The notes under the pieces were generated by a model. That model was not told the DNA's origin. It worked only from the letters and a program-made list of their open reading frames with translations, and ran no database searches. Below are positions 12,941-25,589 of a stretch of DNA of 64,000 nt, one piece after another. The stretch comes from Mytilus californianus (Eukaryota): assembly GCF_021869535.1 (NCBI RefSeq), contig NW_026262637.1, positions 6,324,001-6,388,000 on the forward strand, given 5' to 3'. A program made the translations under genes and the position numbers. Numbering within the stretch: the stretch's first letter is position 1; the number at the start of each line of letters is the position of its first letter.

Positions 12941-14639
12941 TTTAAAGGATTGACAGTGACAGTAAATATAGCTATAAACACCTACCATTCTTTACTTTAT
13001 GCTCAGTTATTCAAACAGTTTGTCATCTTTGTTTTTGTTTGTTTTTTATTTCTTCCTGCTAAGTAATTGTCACGTGATATATATAGATATGTCTCAAGCA
13101 GTGACACCTGGTCGGGCCTTAGTGTTCAAATATGTCACACTTTTTGCCCTAAGAAATTAAACATTTTCCTAAGGAAAAAAATATTTGAAACACGTTTTAA
13201 CATGTTTGAAATCTAAGCACAATTAGAGTGTAGGACGAGCAAAAACACATAATTTTATGCTGGATCTTTTAGCACACTGCATACATTGAGAATCAAATTA
13301 TCGTATTATATTTGGAGAACTTGTAAAAATTGGTGAGTTTTTGATTAGGTTCCTTTCTTTCTTCTCCCGTTTTCTATTTATTTCCTTTTGAAAGATAATG
13401 TATCGTGTAGGTCATCAGTAAAAGTACAAATCCTTTTCATTTTATATTTTATTCAGAAGTCACTTACCAACATGAATTGAGTTAATTATTTATATTAATA
13501 GACTTATCTCTCTCTTGAGACACAAAATTGAAAAAAAAACTCTTGACGTGTTCATTTATATTCATGTGATATCTGTCATTAAAAGTAGAACTATAAATGT
13601 AAAAATGATCATATACAGAAACAATATATTGTGTACATTCAATAAAAAAGAGGGCATCCCCACATTTTATTCAGAGTACTCAATGGAATATCTCAAATGT
13701 TAGAAACTTCACCTTAAATTTGTGGATTGAATCCTTTATCATATTTATTATATTAAGGTACTTGTATGTTTGATTATTTGACCTATCCAATTTAACGACA
13801 TTCATTCTCGCCAATTTTGATCCATTGAAGTCAGAATATATGTACTGTTTCGGGTTCTGGACGTTGGCTTTCGCTTTTCAAACATGCCAATAGGGCATTG
13901 TTGTATCAAGGATTAAGATTTTCTCTTTTTCAGTTCAGATCACAGCTGTTGAGACAAGTGGATTCTACAGAATAACGCTTTCTAAATAACTGGTTGGTTG
14001 ATTGATTATCTTTTTTTTTTGAAAGTAAATATCTTTTATTACATATCTGCTGTTTTAACAATTTACTCGGATTACAGCGTTGATTGATTATCGCTGAAAG
14101 TCTTTTCAGTACAAAATGCTTATTGGAGATAAATACACAAGCGACAAATAAGTTAACACACGTTATATTGTACCTATAAATTGGCGAAAAATCAATATTC
14201 ATTTTTGGTGCAAATGAAATACAACCTTGAGACGAAAAATTAAATACTGCATTTTTTAAATATTGGTACAAGTGCAATGACCCCTTTAACAGGATGTTTT
14301 TGCACTTTCCAAGCAATGTTGACCGCATGTCACAATGAAAAGCAATTAAGGAACACTTAATTCAATAACAATTAATTGTCTAGGGTCGCTAAACTTTATT
14401 AGAAAGATAATTAGTAATATGTATATTACAAGGAAAGCTTTGTTCAGTAATGAATAAGTTTGTGGTACCACCTCTTCAGACCAGACTATGTAATGAAAAT
14501 AGCACTTTATAGATTTATAGTCATTTTTTTGGTATTCTTGTCTTTCATTTTTGTGTATTTGCTTTGTCTATATGACATTTTGGTTTTCTTTGTTCACCTA
14601 CTTGTTTGTTTTTATATGGATTGATATTATAACACAATA

Positions 14640-14910
14640 TTTAAAAGAAGATGTGGTATGAGTGCCAATAAGACAACTCTCCATCCAAGTCACAATTTGT
14701 AAAAAGTAAACCATTATTGGTCAAAGTACGTCCTTCAACACGACTCACACGCAACAGCAAGCTGTAAAGGGCTCCAAAATGACTAGTGTAAAACAATTCA
14801 AACAGGAAAACCAACGGTCTAATATATATAAAAAACGAGAAACACTTATGAACCACATCAACAAACGACAACCACTGAACAACAGGTTTCTGACTTAGGA
14901 CAGGTGCAAA
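14640..14910 (+). mobile_element. Abundant Helitron-like non-autonomous repeat (AAGAAGATGTGGTATG..GACAACT family)
   Basis: The same family occurs at 18440-18690 (-), 22380-22620, 24575-24950, 45830-46060 (-), 58380-58570 and 59330-59560 (-). Confidence 0.6.
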
Positions 14911-15359
14911 CAAATGCAGCAGGTTTAAACAGCGGTATACTACTGTTGCCTTTATTTAACAGTCGCCAACCTTCACCCTAACATGAAATAGTAGTATAAC
15001 ATTACAATATAGAAAGACACACTATAAAATATAAAATGGCTTAACTCGATCAAAAAGAAATATAAACAAAACATGTAAACATACACTGAAACAAAAAAAT
15101 TTGATCTATGACACAATATAAATACAATATGTAAAACAATGTCAAAAAGACAACTATAACCTGGGACAAAATGGCGTTAAATACAATAACGTACACAGGT
15201 AACTTTAAATATAATCACAACGTTTACTGCTGTACCCCAATTATTGACATTTGTACCTATTATGTCTGTTTGTTTTGCTCACACATTGTTGTCAGTACGT
15301 TCTATTCATGACGACACAAAAACACTCATTTTGATTTTCCGAGAAAAATCGATATAAAC

Positions 15360-16035
15360 GGGTAAATCTACATTGATTTTTTGGACAAAACATAGAGCGC
15401 ATGCGTCGACAAAAATATCTTTTAACACAATGTTTGTCGTGACCTTTTACATATATGTCTTGAATATTTAGTTTCTCTTAATGTTTCCTATGCATTAATT
15501 TGGTTGAAATTCTGACGATTTTGTCCATTTTCGCGAAATTCATATGAGATGTAAAAATAAAAGCTTTAAAATAAATATTTTGACAAAAAAAAGTTCTATT
15601 TAACTTTCTCACATGTCTTTTTATCAACTTGAAACATTTTTTTATCCTGAAACATTGAACTTAATAATCGGGGCCAAATATGGCCCTTACTAATCTTACT
15701 CCTTTACTGCAACAGATGCGCATTTCGACAATCAATGTCTCATCGTAATTAGTCATTATTTAGGCAAAAAAAATTGAAAATCGAAAACATAGTATAAATA
15801 AAGGCAACAGTAGTATACCGCTGTTCAATAGTCATAAACGTTGAAGAGCTGTGTAAAATCGATTTGTTATTTCAAACGAACATTTTGAACATAACAATGG
15901 GACGAATGATGGTGCTCCGGAAAAGTACAACCTCATCGTAGGTACAAGGTCACAACAAACATTATGTTAACAGATTTTGTTTTGTCGACGCATATGCTCT
16001 ATCTTTTTTGTCCAAAATATCAATGTAAATGTCAA
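15360..16035. mobile_element. MITE-like element with ~85-bp inverted repeats and nested insertions
   Basis: 15361-15445 is an imperfect reverse complement of 15947-16035 (core GCGTCGACAAAA / TTTTGTCGACGC). Confidence 0.55.
15709..15750 (-). ncRNA. Degenerate minimal type I hammerhead ribozyme
   Basis: The minus strand reads CGAUGA-GAC AUUGAUU GUC-GAA-AUGCGCAU-C-UGUUGC. The core lacks the U of CUGAUGA and stem I is poorly paired. Confidence 0.6.
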
Positions 16036-16197
16036 TCCGTCAAATAGCTGCGCTTGCAAAAACATGTCAGTCATTGTATTGCATATGATTATCTTTTTAG
16101 TTAAAAGTGCTTGTTAACATTTAAACTGACATTTGCTTGACTTCTATTTCGGCATATCGAAATGTATTTAAGATATATTTTCCCAAATCCCTTAAAA

Positions 16198-16566
16198 TGA
16201 TGATTAGAACGATTACTTGTTGCTGTATTAGTTTCTTATTTCATGCATGGTATCTATTGTTTGATTATAGCCGACCAATAAAACTGCTATTACGGTTCTG
16301 TTGATCATGCCTGCCTTATACGACACCCCTATAATTGTCATGTTTTCATATTTATTTGGTTGCCGAGTTCCATTCTCGTCTTCTTTACTTCATTCTATCT
16401 AAATGTCCAAATATGGCTGAAGATCGATAATGATATTATGTTCTGTATTATGTCTTTGTCTTTAAGTTATCTCGTCGTTCAGGCAAAAACCCCACTTGCC
16501 ATCAAGGAGAATCATGAATCTCAAATGACTACTTACGAAGATGACAAAGTTTACAAGCATAAGTAA
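16198..16566 (+). pseudogene. Internally deleted paralog of the peptide-receptor-like GPCR
   Basis: Aligns to 40506-40645, 41165-41318 and 41415-41505. It lacks ~520 bp (TM2-TM6) and ~100 bp (TM7), and the upstream AG acceptor is mutated to GG (TTTCGGCATATCG). Confidence 0.85.
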
Positions 16567-17571
16567 AATGGTAGTGGATAAAAAATGCTAAATGAATGAC
16601 CACGAAGGATTTCATCCAGAAAGCTACAATATTTTAAATTATGTTATAACGATGTATTTTAGAAATTTTTATTGGTTAGGCTTTGCTTATAGTTGATATC
16701 ATAGTTTGACAATATCTTTTTAAAAATCAGATTCCAAAATAAACAGAATCAAAATTGTGTAAATATTTTTTGAAATAAGTGTTTCAAACTTTAGATTCCT
16801 AAACACTAATTAAATTCAGTATTTCTGTACTTGCAATGCAATAGCAGATTTTCCTTGAAATATATCGATTGATGGAATTCAAACCCCGAAAAATCATATT
16901 AATTCGGTCCAAACGATACATTAAATTACACGACACAGTGAACTTAGTTTGTCCCTGGAGAATGTAATATGGCATAAGTTTTTACTTAATTAAACAATTA
17001 AACAGATACAACAAAGGGTCTTATATCAACGACATATTCATTTGAAAAAAAAATGCTATTCTTAAAAACAATGACGTAATTGGATACTCTCAACCTAGTG
17101 TTTAATACACTAACCCTTCTCTTATTATCACCACTTAGTAAATAACAAAAGTTAAATAGTGGAACGTATACAGTAGTCTATTGAAGGCCATACGAGAACC
17201 TGTAAATGTTTAAATCTTTGTCATTTGGTCTTTGGCGATAGTTGTGCCATTGAAAATTATATACCGCATCTAATTAATATCCAAAATATCGATTCTACAA
17301 CAGAGGCTACAAAATAAACACGTAAAAGTGAAAAAAGGTATTTGAAAGGGATAATGAATGCTTAAGCTTGTAGTAACTGAAATCAAGCTCAGAGTACTGA
17401 ATCTGTTGATATGGAATTTATGCTGTCTTACACTCTAGTATACCAACAGGAAATATGTGTATAGAATATCACAACTGTGAAAAAATTAGCAGAAATATTC
17501 CCGTCGTGTTTTATACTGCGTGTTATATATTTACATTATAGCTGCAAAAGGAAGACTTCTAAATATTTCAT

Positions 17572-17582
17572 TTTATTTTATT
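17572..17582 (-). promoter_or_regulatory. Putative polyadenylation signal(s) of lectin A
   Basis: AATAAA ~65 nt after the stop; the equivalent position is conserved in lectin B (44947-44963). Confidence 0.4.
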
Positions 17583-17646
17583 CAACATTTATAGCAAAGC
17601 CTTTTATGTTGTCTTTTCTGTCAGTGTTTCCTCTTCTATGCTTTAT

Positions 17647-20600
17647 TCAAAAACCTGAAAAAAAGAAACAACATAAATATATTCACTGAACATTTTGTTT
17701 ACTCATTTTAAATTTATTAAATCAATTTAAGTTAATACAATATAATTAGCAATTTAAATGTGATGTGAATATTTCAAAAGTGAAATACACATACAGTTAT
17801 TATGAAAACAAGATTTGTCGTAGTAAGAACTGATCTAACTAACACAAAAACGAAAAGAGGATAATTGGATGTTTACATATCTAAATAACATAGCTTTCAA
17901 CAATAATTAGATATCAATATTGTAGGCAAGGCTATAAATTTTTCATAAAATTTAAATTTATATAACTTAAAATTTAAAACAGAAAATAAGGGGGACCAGT
18001 CACCATTCAAAGAAAGAAATAGTTCATTGTCAAAGACCTTTTACATTTACCAAATTTACGTCTGTTCTAGAGTTTTTGACCTATTTTTACTTTATGTGAA
18101 TCAAATGCAATTAGTATTGAGATGTTTCATGTTATTAGCAAGACGAATTTTAGTCTGGGAAAAATGATTTATTTATCAATTGTAATTGACTTTGAACTAC
18201 CTTTCAGTAATTGCATGTACACTTAGCTCGGGTGTGTCTCTTTGTTAATAATATTTTTGTGTGCGTTGTGTCGATCTGATGTGTCATTCTCAGTTGCTTG
18301 TGCATGCGTGTTTCATCATGTTGTGCTGTTGCAAACACCACTTGACAAGGTATGGGGAGGGTTAAGCAATAGAAAAACATGTTTAACCTATTCACACTCT
18401 GTACGTGCCTGTCCAAGGTCATGAGCGTGAATTTCAGTGGTTGTCGTTGGTTGTACATGTCTGTCATATTTGTTTTTCGTTTTATTGTTAAAGAATAAAT
18501 CAGGCCATTGGTTTTCTCGTTTGAATTGTTTTACATTTTGTCACGGAGGGGCCTTTTATAGCTTACTATACGGTATGGGTTTTGCTCATTGATAAAGGCT
18601 CTATTCTGACTTATAGTTACTTACAGATGCGTCATGTCTCATTTTGATAGTTGTCTCATTTGTAATTATACCGCATCTTCTTATTTTACATTTCAAGACA
18701 AGCTGATTACATTAATTACAAAAGATGTTGATAGATGTGCGATTTCCTGAAAAAGTAAATATAAAGTGACACAATAAAAGGTGAATTGATTTGTTTAAGA
18801 TGTATTCAACGTCCTTCCCCTTATCTAACACTATTAGATATAAACATCATGAATGATTAGTACACAAATTGTACAGGAATCGAACAAAATATTTACAGAA
18901 ATTGCTTTCGCAGATGAATAGTGCCTTGTAATGACAATTGTAATCAAACCAATCTGTTCTACTACCATGTAACATCACACAATTATTGTTAGTGCCCTTG
19001 TCACCGTGACTAGGATACCACGTTTTAAACACAGCTTTCGATTGGTCATACGTCCATCGCCATTCTCCTTCTTTAAGATCTATCAGGCCAATCCAATGAT
19101 GAACAGCTGCAAGAAAAGATAAGGCATATTTAATCTATTTTAATTCTCAATGTTATGACTCAGTTCTGGTTGTACTATGATAATAAATACAACGGACTAA
19201 ACTGTTGCTAAGGATATATAGTACTGTCAACAACAAATTATCACTCTCTGTCCAGGTTGCATGAAATTATTGTGTATGCTAAATTCATAAGTAACATCAT
19301 AACCTTGGATTTTAACATTATCCTTTGGTGTTATAATATGAAGCGAAATGCACTGCATTATCCCAATCAATTTGTATTGCAAAGATGCATACTATAAAGG
19401 TTTGTAAATATTATATTAAAATATACATAGATAAAATCTAAAACGGAAAAAATGTATATGCATAAATCGGAATAAAATTATAGTTCACCAAGACACATTT
19501 AATTAATGTACTGCCTTTTAAAGTGTTTCTGATCATCCTGAGTGTAGCAAAGTTTCCCAAATCACTGACAAAACATGAGTGAGAAGGACAATTGTATCGT
19601 CGTTTTGTTCATAAAAGCTTAAAATTCCGGTGATAAGTCGCGTTCCATAGTAAGTCCCAATCAAGGCACGGAGGACGGAATTATTACTAAGACAAATGGA
19701 ACATTAATCTTTACATACTTGCACTTCTAACGAACCGAAGAAAAAGCCTAAATTTTCTTTCCGCTCCTAAACCTCTAGAAATAAATATGGTATTTTCCGA
19801 CAATATGCATATATATCTACCATTGTCCTTGATATCAATGATAAGACTGGCTACTGGTATGCAAGTTTTAAGTTACATTAACTGAACACAAAAGGTTTCC
19901 AATTATGACATCTGAAGAAAAACCCTCACCTTTATTTGGTCTATTTGCTGCAATGTTGTTGTTTTCCTCTTTGTTGTCAATTTTGACAATATATCCTCCT
20001 ATTTCTCTACATTTCCTCTGTTCAAGAATAAATTTCGGTAGTTTAATAAATATTGATTAAGGCATTGGACAAATTATATGCATTGAAATGTATAGTTTAT
20101 TCAAACTATTGTAAACTGCTTTGTGTTTTTTATCATTCTATTAATATATATTGACCTTTGTAGAAAAATGGAAAAGACTTCAACTTGGAATTGAAATTCC
20201 TTTATATAATGAAGCATTTAACTGCTGGATGCTTAATGGAAATAAAATGACGAATTATTTAAAGTATTATTATTTACTCACTTCAGCCATAAACCAGTCT
20301 ACAGATTCGGAACTGTAATAGTAACAGTGTCCATTATATTTGTTCCATTTAGTTTCTGAAATAAATACAAACAAGTATCGGTTTCTTTTAAAGTCACTAT
20401 CTAAAATATGGTTAATCGTAATTCGATTATAGACCCATAACATTGCTTTAAGATTGCAACTAAATGTGTTAAAATCAAAGGTAACAATAGAAGAGGGGAC
20501 AAAAAATACAAACGACAAACAACACCAAGACAACGGGTTGTCAAACATTTATGTGACGTTTCACTAGTAAATCATTTTGATATGAAACATTTTCATCTGA

Positions 20601-21054
20601 ACAGCTTTTAAAAGACTTAAAAATTATTTATCATGTCATTTTCATTTTCTCAGTAAAGTGTTCGACTTCTCCACTGCGGTAAATTCAGTACTGTGCATAC
20701 AATTAGCTTTGCATTAATAAAATACCTACTGTTGCAACTTCCAACTTTGAGACAACAGTGTCTAAGCTTTTCTTGTATGTACTTACTACGAAAATCTTTT
20801 CCAAGGACTTTAAAATCAGTGTCGAGTTTCTTTATCTTTTGACCCATGGTATTAAGAGATTTTTTAAACATGTCTAGTGTTTTTTTGTTGTCGTTTTCAA
20901 GTTTGATGAGAACTTTTCCAATATTTTCCTGCACATCTGTCAATGCTTTCCTTGATTTGTCAAAGTCTTCCTTAGACTCATTAGAAAGACAGGTTTGACA
21001 AACGATATGCTTGACGACCACAACCAGCAAAGTAATCTGGACTACGAACAGCAT
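17647..21054 (-). CDS. Secreted coiled-coil C-type lectin (perlucin-like), copy A, 215 aa
   Basis: complement(join(17647..17654,18897..19106,19930..20017,20282..20355,20787..21054)). All introns are GT-AG, phases are consistent and the total is 648 nt. Signal peptide MLFVVQITLLVVVV, heptad-rich neck, and a CTLD with GHCYY, RKCREIGGYIVKI, WIGL, NCV, WFD and CHY..FICE. Confidence 0.9.
18270..18690 (-). mobile_element. Helitron-like non-autonomous repeat in lectin A intron 4
   Basis: Reverse-complement match to the 14640/22380 family; the homologous insertion is also present in lectin B intron 4 (45830-46060). Confidence 0.55.
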
Positions 21055-22019
21055 ACTGTAGAACAAACTACAAAAACAACATAATCATTTATGTATCATT
21101 TTCTATTCAAACAAGTATATAAATTCACGTTTATTCGTGTAAACTGCTGTTACGATGCTAGGCTATGAAAGTTTATGGAGTACAATTATGATTTTAAGCT
21201 AAGTCTCTGATAAAACATAATTTATCCGATAAATACATGAATGTGTTCAGTAAGTTGTACTGCTTAACTCTTACCGTTTGGTTTCTTGAGCTTAAATCTG
21301 CCGATTTCATAATGTTTTTGAAACTTAAACGTTTATATATAATCATAATAAACTGCGTATTCCATAAATATGATCGACAGCTTAGGCACGCTATTGTTGA
21401 CCTTTACAGAGGAGGAAGATATTTGTTTTCGTTTTAGTATCACATTATAAAGTTTGGTACTTACCTTGTATATTGTTATGAATAAAAGGAACATGACATC
21501 AATTGGTTATACAGACTTTAATCAAAGACATGGGTACATACAATATATTGAGAGTTAACTCGTCCCAAGTCTAATAAAGTTATGAACACATTTAATAGAG
21601 ACAAAAAATATTACTATTACCACCAAATTATCAAATAGAAAAAGACAATAGACGGCAATAGTTTTATTGAGGAATGAAATGTTAATACATTATTCTTTTT
21701 TTTTTACATTAAATGACTCTTTGTTCTATGTACCCTTCAAGGTACAATACTGTACAGAGAGTTTTCGAATTATTTCTAACGAAATATCGAAACTATGTTG
21801 GCACTTCATTTATATTTTTCCATCAGTGGGGTTCGAACTCCAGCTAAAAGGCAAGCGCCACAGAACAGTTCCTCGTCGTCTCAAACTTGGTTTGTAACAC
21901 AGTATATAATTTTAGTTTCATGGAATTCTTATTGATACATACTTAATAGCGCTAAGTAATATTTTTCTTCCTTTGGTGGTCAAACCAACGGGAATACACA
22001 GCTTTTGCATTATATGTAC

Positions 22020-22280
22020 TTTTTATTGGATTAATCTCAACAAAATGGTGTGAGCTCTTGTGTTATGTATGGGAATGTAAAAAGTAAAATAACAAAAATA
22101 CCGAACTCCAAGAAAAATTAAAAACGGAAAGTCCTTTATCAAATGGCAAATCAAAAGGTCAAACACATCAAACGAATGGAAAACAACTGTCATATTCCTG
22201 ACTTTGTAAAGGCATTTCCTCATGTAGAAAATGATGGATAAAACATGGTTTTATACTAGCTTAACCTCTCACTTGTATGA
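22020..22280 (-). mobile_element. Abundant Mytilus-type non-autonomous repeat (CCTGTACCAAGTCAGGAATATGACAGTTG family)
   Basis: Near-identical copies at 35050-35190 (-), 38630-38830 (+), 48455-48656 (+) and 63125-63320 (-). Confidence 0.75.
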
Positions 22281-22959
22281 GCTGCTTCTTCTCCACCATT
22301 GGCACCCGTCGTGATGCTCAGAACGACAATTGAATAACTACAAAAAATGAGATTTATCAACAATCGCCTTCAGTTAGGACCATAACCATACCGTATAGTA
22401 AGTTATAAAGATCCTCGACATGACAATATATAAAAAATAAAACGAGAAAAACAAACGGCCTGATTATTGCTAAAACAATAAACGAAAAACAAATATGATA
22501 TACAGCAACCAACCACAACCACTGATTACAGGTCCTGAAGTAGAACAGACTTAATTAGAATGCGAAGATGTTAATCATGTTTGTGAGCATATAACCCTTC
22601 CCAAACATCACAATACAAGAATAGTTAAAAAAAAAAACTTGTTTCATCAGAAATAACTTTATATATTTTAAACAAAAAAAAAGGTATTTTCGTGCTACGA
22701 TAAATATGGTCATTTATGATATAGATATTACTTAACGTTCAACCAAGTCATGGTGGTGTTCGTAAATATTTCGACTAGATTACTCAAGCGTCATCTTTTA
22801 GAACCCTTCTTCTTTATATACAGAAAAACATCAACTGGTTGATGATTACTTTCTGGCGCATGCCTTGTTTAACAATATTGTTAATGAATAAAAATATATT
22901 TTTGATTTCATAATAATTTTTCAATTTTTATATATACAAATGTATATGTAAGTAATATT

Positions 22960-24140
22960 TTTCAATTTCTATTTTTAATTTTTGGTATAAGATAAAAACA
23001 AGATACATATTAAACATGTAGGTGTTTGTAAGTGTCAAGGAGCATCTCTCTAGTGAGTTTCTCCTTGAAGCACTCAGTAGTGGTGCTGCAGGCTATTGGT
23101 TCAGGTAATTTGTTCCAGTCTTTTATAGTTTGGCAGAAAAATGAAAATTTGTAACTGTCTTTGCTGCATCGAATTTGTCGGTATGTTTGTTCGTGGTTAG
23201 ACCTGGTGTTTGATTTGCTTTTAATTAGTATGTCAGTATGTGGTATGGCAATTTTGTTGTTTGTTATTCTATGGAACATATTTAATCTGCTTTTGAGTCT
23301 CCTTTCTTGTAATGTTGGCCAGTGAAGTGTGTTTATCATGTTTGTTACACTTTCGGTATATGTGTAGTTGGAGCATACATATCTCGCTGCACGTCTTTGC
23401 ACTTTTTCTATGGAGTTAATGTTCTCTGTTGTGTAAGGGTCCCAGACAGTGCAGCAGTATTCAAGTTTTGGTCTAATAAGGGCTTGGTATGCTCGGTCTT
23501 TGATGGTTACTGAGTTTATTTTTAAATTTCTTCTGATGAATCCAAGGGTCTTATTTGCTTTTGATGTCATGTTCTGAATGTGTTTGTTCCATTTTAAATT
23601 TGATGATATAGTTATACCTAAATATTTTGCATTTTCAACTGTCTCAAGAATGTGACCGTGCATGTTATAATAAAAATGGATAGGTTTTTTCTTTGTGGTC
23701 ACTCGAAGTATGTTGCATTTGTCAGGGTGGAACTGCATTAGCCAGTCTTGTTCCCATTTGAGTGCCCCTTCTAGGTCTTCCTGGAGTTTAAGGCAATCTG
23801 ATGTTGATTTTATCTGTCGGTAAATGATGCTATCGTCAGCAAAGAGCCTGATTTGACTGTGATGTAAATAGTCAGGTAAGTCATTAATGTATATTAAAAA
23901 TAGTATCGGACCTAATACAGTGCCCTGAGGAACACCTGATGTAACTGGTATGTTGTCAGAGGAATGGTTTTCTAGCATAACTGTTTGTGAACGATTTGAA
24001 AGGATAGATTTTATCCAGTTTGTAGCTTGATTTGATACACCGAAAAATTTAAGTTTATATAGTAAACTGTTGTGTGGAACTTTGTCAAAGGCTTTTGCGA
24101 AATCCATGATCAATATATAACATCAGGTTGGCATGAGTCT
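22960..24140 (-). mobile_element. 5'-truncated CR1/L2-group LINE with an uninterrupted RT C-terminal ORF (23010-24113, 367 aa)
   Basis: Motifs DFAKAFDKVPH, SGVPQGTVLGPILFLIYINDL, RLFADD, AKYLGITI and RPKLEYCCTVWDPY..EKVQRRAARYV. Confidence 0.92.
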
Positions 24141-24157
24141 ATTATAACAATGATCAA

Positions 24158-24343
24158 TAAACTTCCAGCATTGACCACTTCCAAAACCGTGAAATTTGGA
24201 TAGAGTGCTTTGATAGTTGTAGGTATGAAATCTTTCACACTGTGAATTATAAAGCGTTCAATCTCCTTTACTTCATGTTTAGGTATTTGAAATATGAACT
24301 GCTGGTCATGAATATTTTGGATGTATATATCCAAAGACGACAT
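24158..24343 (-). pseudogene. 5' fragment of a cGAS-like receptor (cGLR/Mab-21), copy A
   Basis: MSSLDIYIQNIHDQQ...TVLEVVNAGS is clearly paralogous to 61338-61523. It is preceded by an identical TTTCAG|ATATG acceptor and stops at the GS motif where the LINE begins. Confidence 0.8.
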
Positions 24344-24574
24344 ATCTGAAAGAAAGAAAAAACCAATACAGTTCTAAATAATGTAAAATAACTGGTATCT
24401 TGTTACGATATAAATGCAAATACAATGAAACTGTATCTTGACCTCTAAGCGTCTTTTTTTTGTTATCCTATATTATAATAATATTATATAATAATTCAGT
24501 CAAATTTGCCTGATTAGATTACCTTCTGTTCAAAGGTGATACCTATAAACTTTGCCTACAGTATTGTACAAAGA

Positions 24575-24950
24575 AAAAGAAAATGTGTTATGAATGCCAA
24601 TGAGACAACTATCCACCAGACCAAATGCCGTAGATGTAAGCAACTAATAAATATCTAAAGGACACCATAAGACCTTCGACAATGAGAAAAACCAATACCG
24701 TAAAGTAATCGTTATATGGTCACATCATGACAAAATGTAAAAGAATTCAAAAGAGAAAAACGGCCTGACTTATGAACAAACAAATATGAAAGACAGCAAT
24801 CAACGACAACCACTGAATTACAGGTTCCCGACTTGCTAAACAATCACCACCCCCTAACCTGGGTCAGTGTAACAGCAAACCATAAACAAAAACTAAAAAA
24901 AAAAATCAGTTGAAATAGTCTTAACTCATCAGATCGTCACAAGGCACAAA
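24575..24950 (+). mobile_element. Helitron-like non-autonomous repeat
   Basis: Same family as 14640-14910. Confidence 0.6.
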
Positions 24951-25589
24951 ACATTACTTATCAGAAAGACATGGGACTCAAAGTACCGATCTTAGTGTAC
25001 TCGCAGGTTGTTCAAAGCAAATTACAACAAATAAATAAATCATGGTTCCCAGACTAAAATATGAATCAGTACACAATCAATGGATTTAATGTAAAGACGT
25101 CACAAACAATCTGAGATAAACATGACACTGTGCAATGCATGCTTAAATATAAGAATCGATGGGATGCATGAACGTAAGTGCTCATTACTGTATAGGAATA
25201 CGTATTTTGTGATGTTTTAAATTTTTCAATAAAAATTAAAGTGGGTACTGATGAAAACAATAATCAAAGATCGTATTATAATGTTAAATTGATAACCATT
25301 TAGAATGAATTTATTCAATTGATCGACAAGTTTACATGGATCGTATCTAAATTTACAGACTCTATAAACAACATCATCGAAAATGAGGATATAATATCCC
25401 GTTTGCAGTAGTTTTCTACAGCCAAACTTGAAAACCTAATATGTGTACCTATGAAAGAGTTCAGTTAAGGTGTTAAGGAATTTGTGATAACGAAATCCCT
25501 GACTAAATAATTTTCTATTGATACAAAGATTAAGGTCATTGGCAGTCACTACAGACACGGGAATAGCGAACGACTAGGGATATATATAT

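Larger units (their letters stand above)
13215..24480. repeat. Segmental duplication, copy A (GPCR-lectin-cGLR cassette)
   Basis: Collinear anchors to copy B: 13215-13690/37985-38460, 16150-16640/40465-41560, 16980-17110/44400-44530, all lectin exons, 21200-21900/54150-54870, 22282-22810/58300-58810, 24158-24345/61338-61525 and 24408-24460/62640-62700. Confidence 0.9.

Noticed and set aside
14455-14482. Hammerhead candidate CUGAAGA-GGUGGUACCAC-AAAC (minus strand)
   Set aside because: It lacks the G of GAAA and has no stem I or stem III pairing.
20650-20786. C-terminal part of the 138-aa ORF (and the tail of ORF 52468-52785)
   Set aside because: It is read-through into intron 1 past a GTAAGT donor that is conserved in both paralogs.
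24900-24935. Hammerhead candidate CUGAUGAGUUAAG (minus strand); also CUGAUGA at ~37575
   Set aside because: There is no properly placed stem II plus GAAA and no stem I/III.
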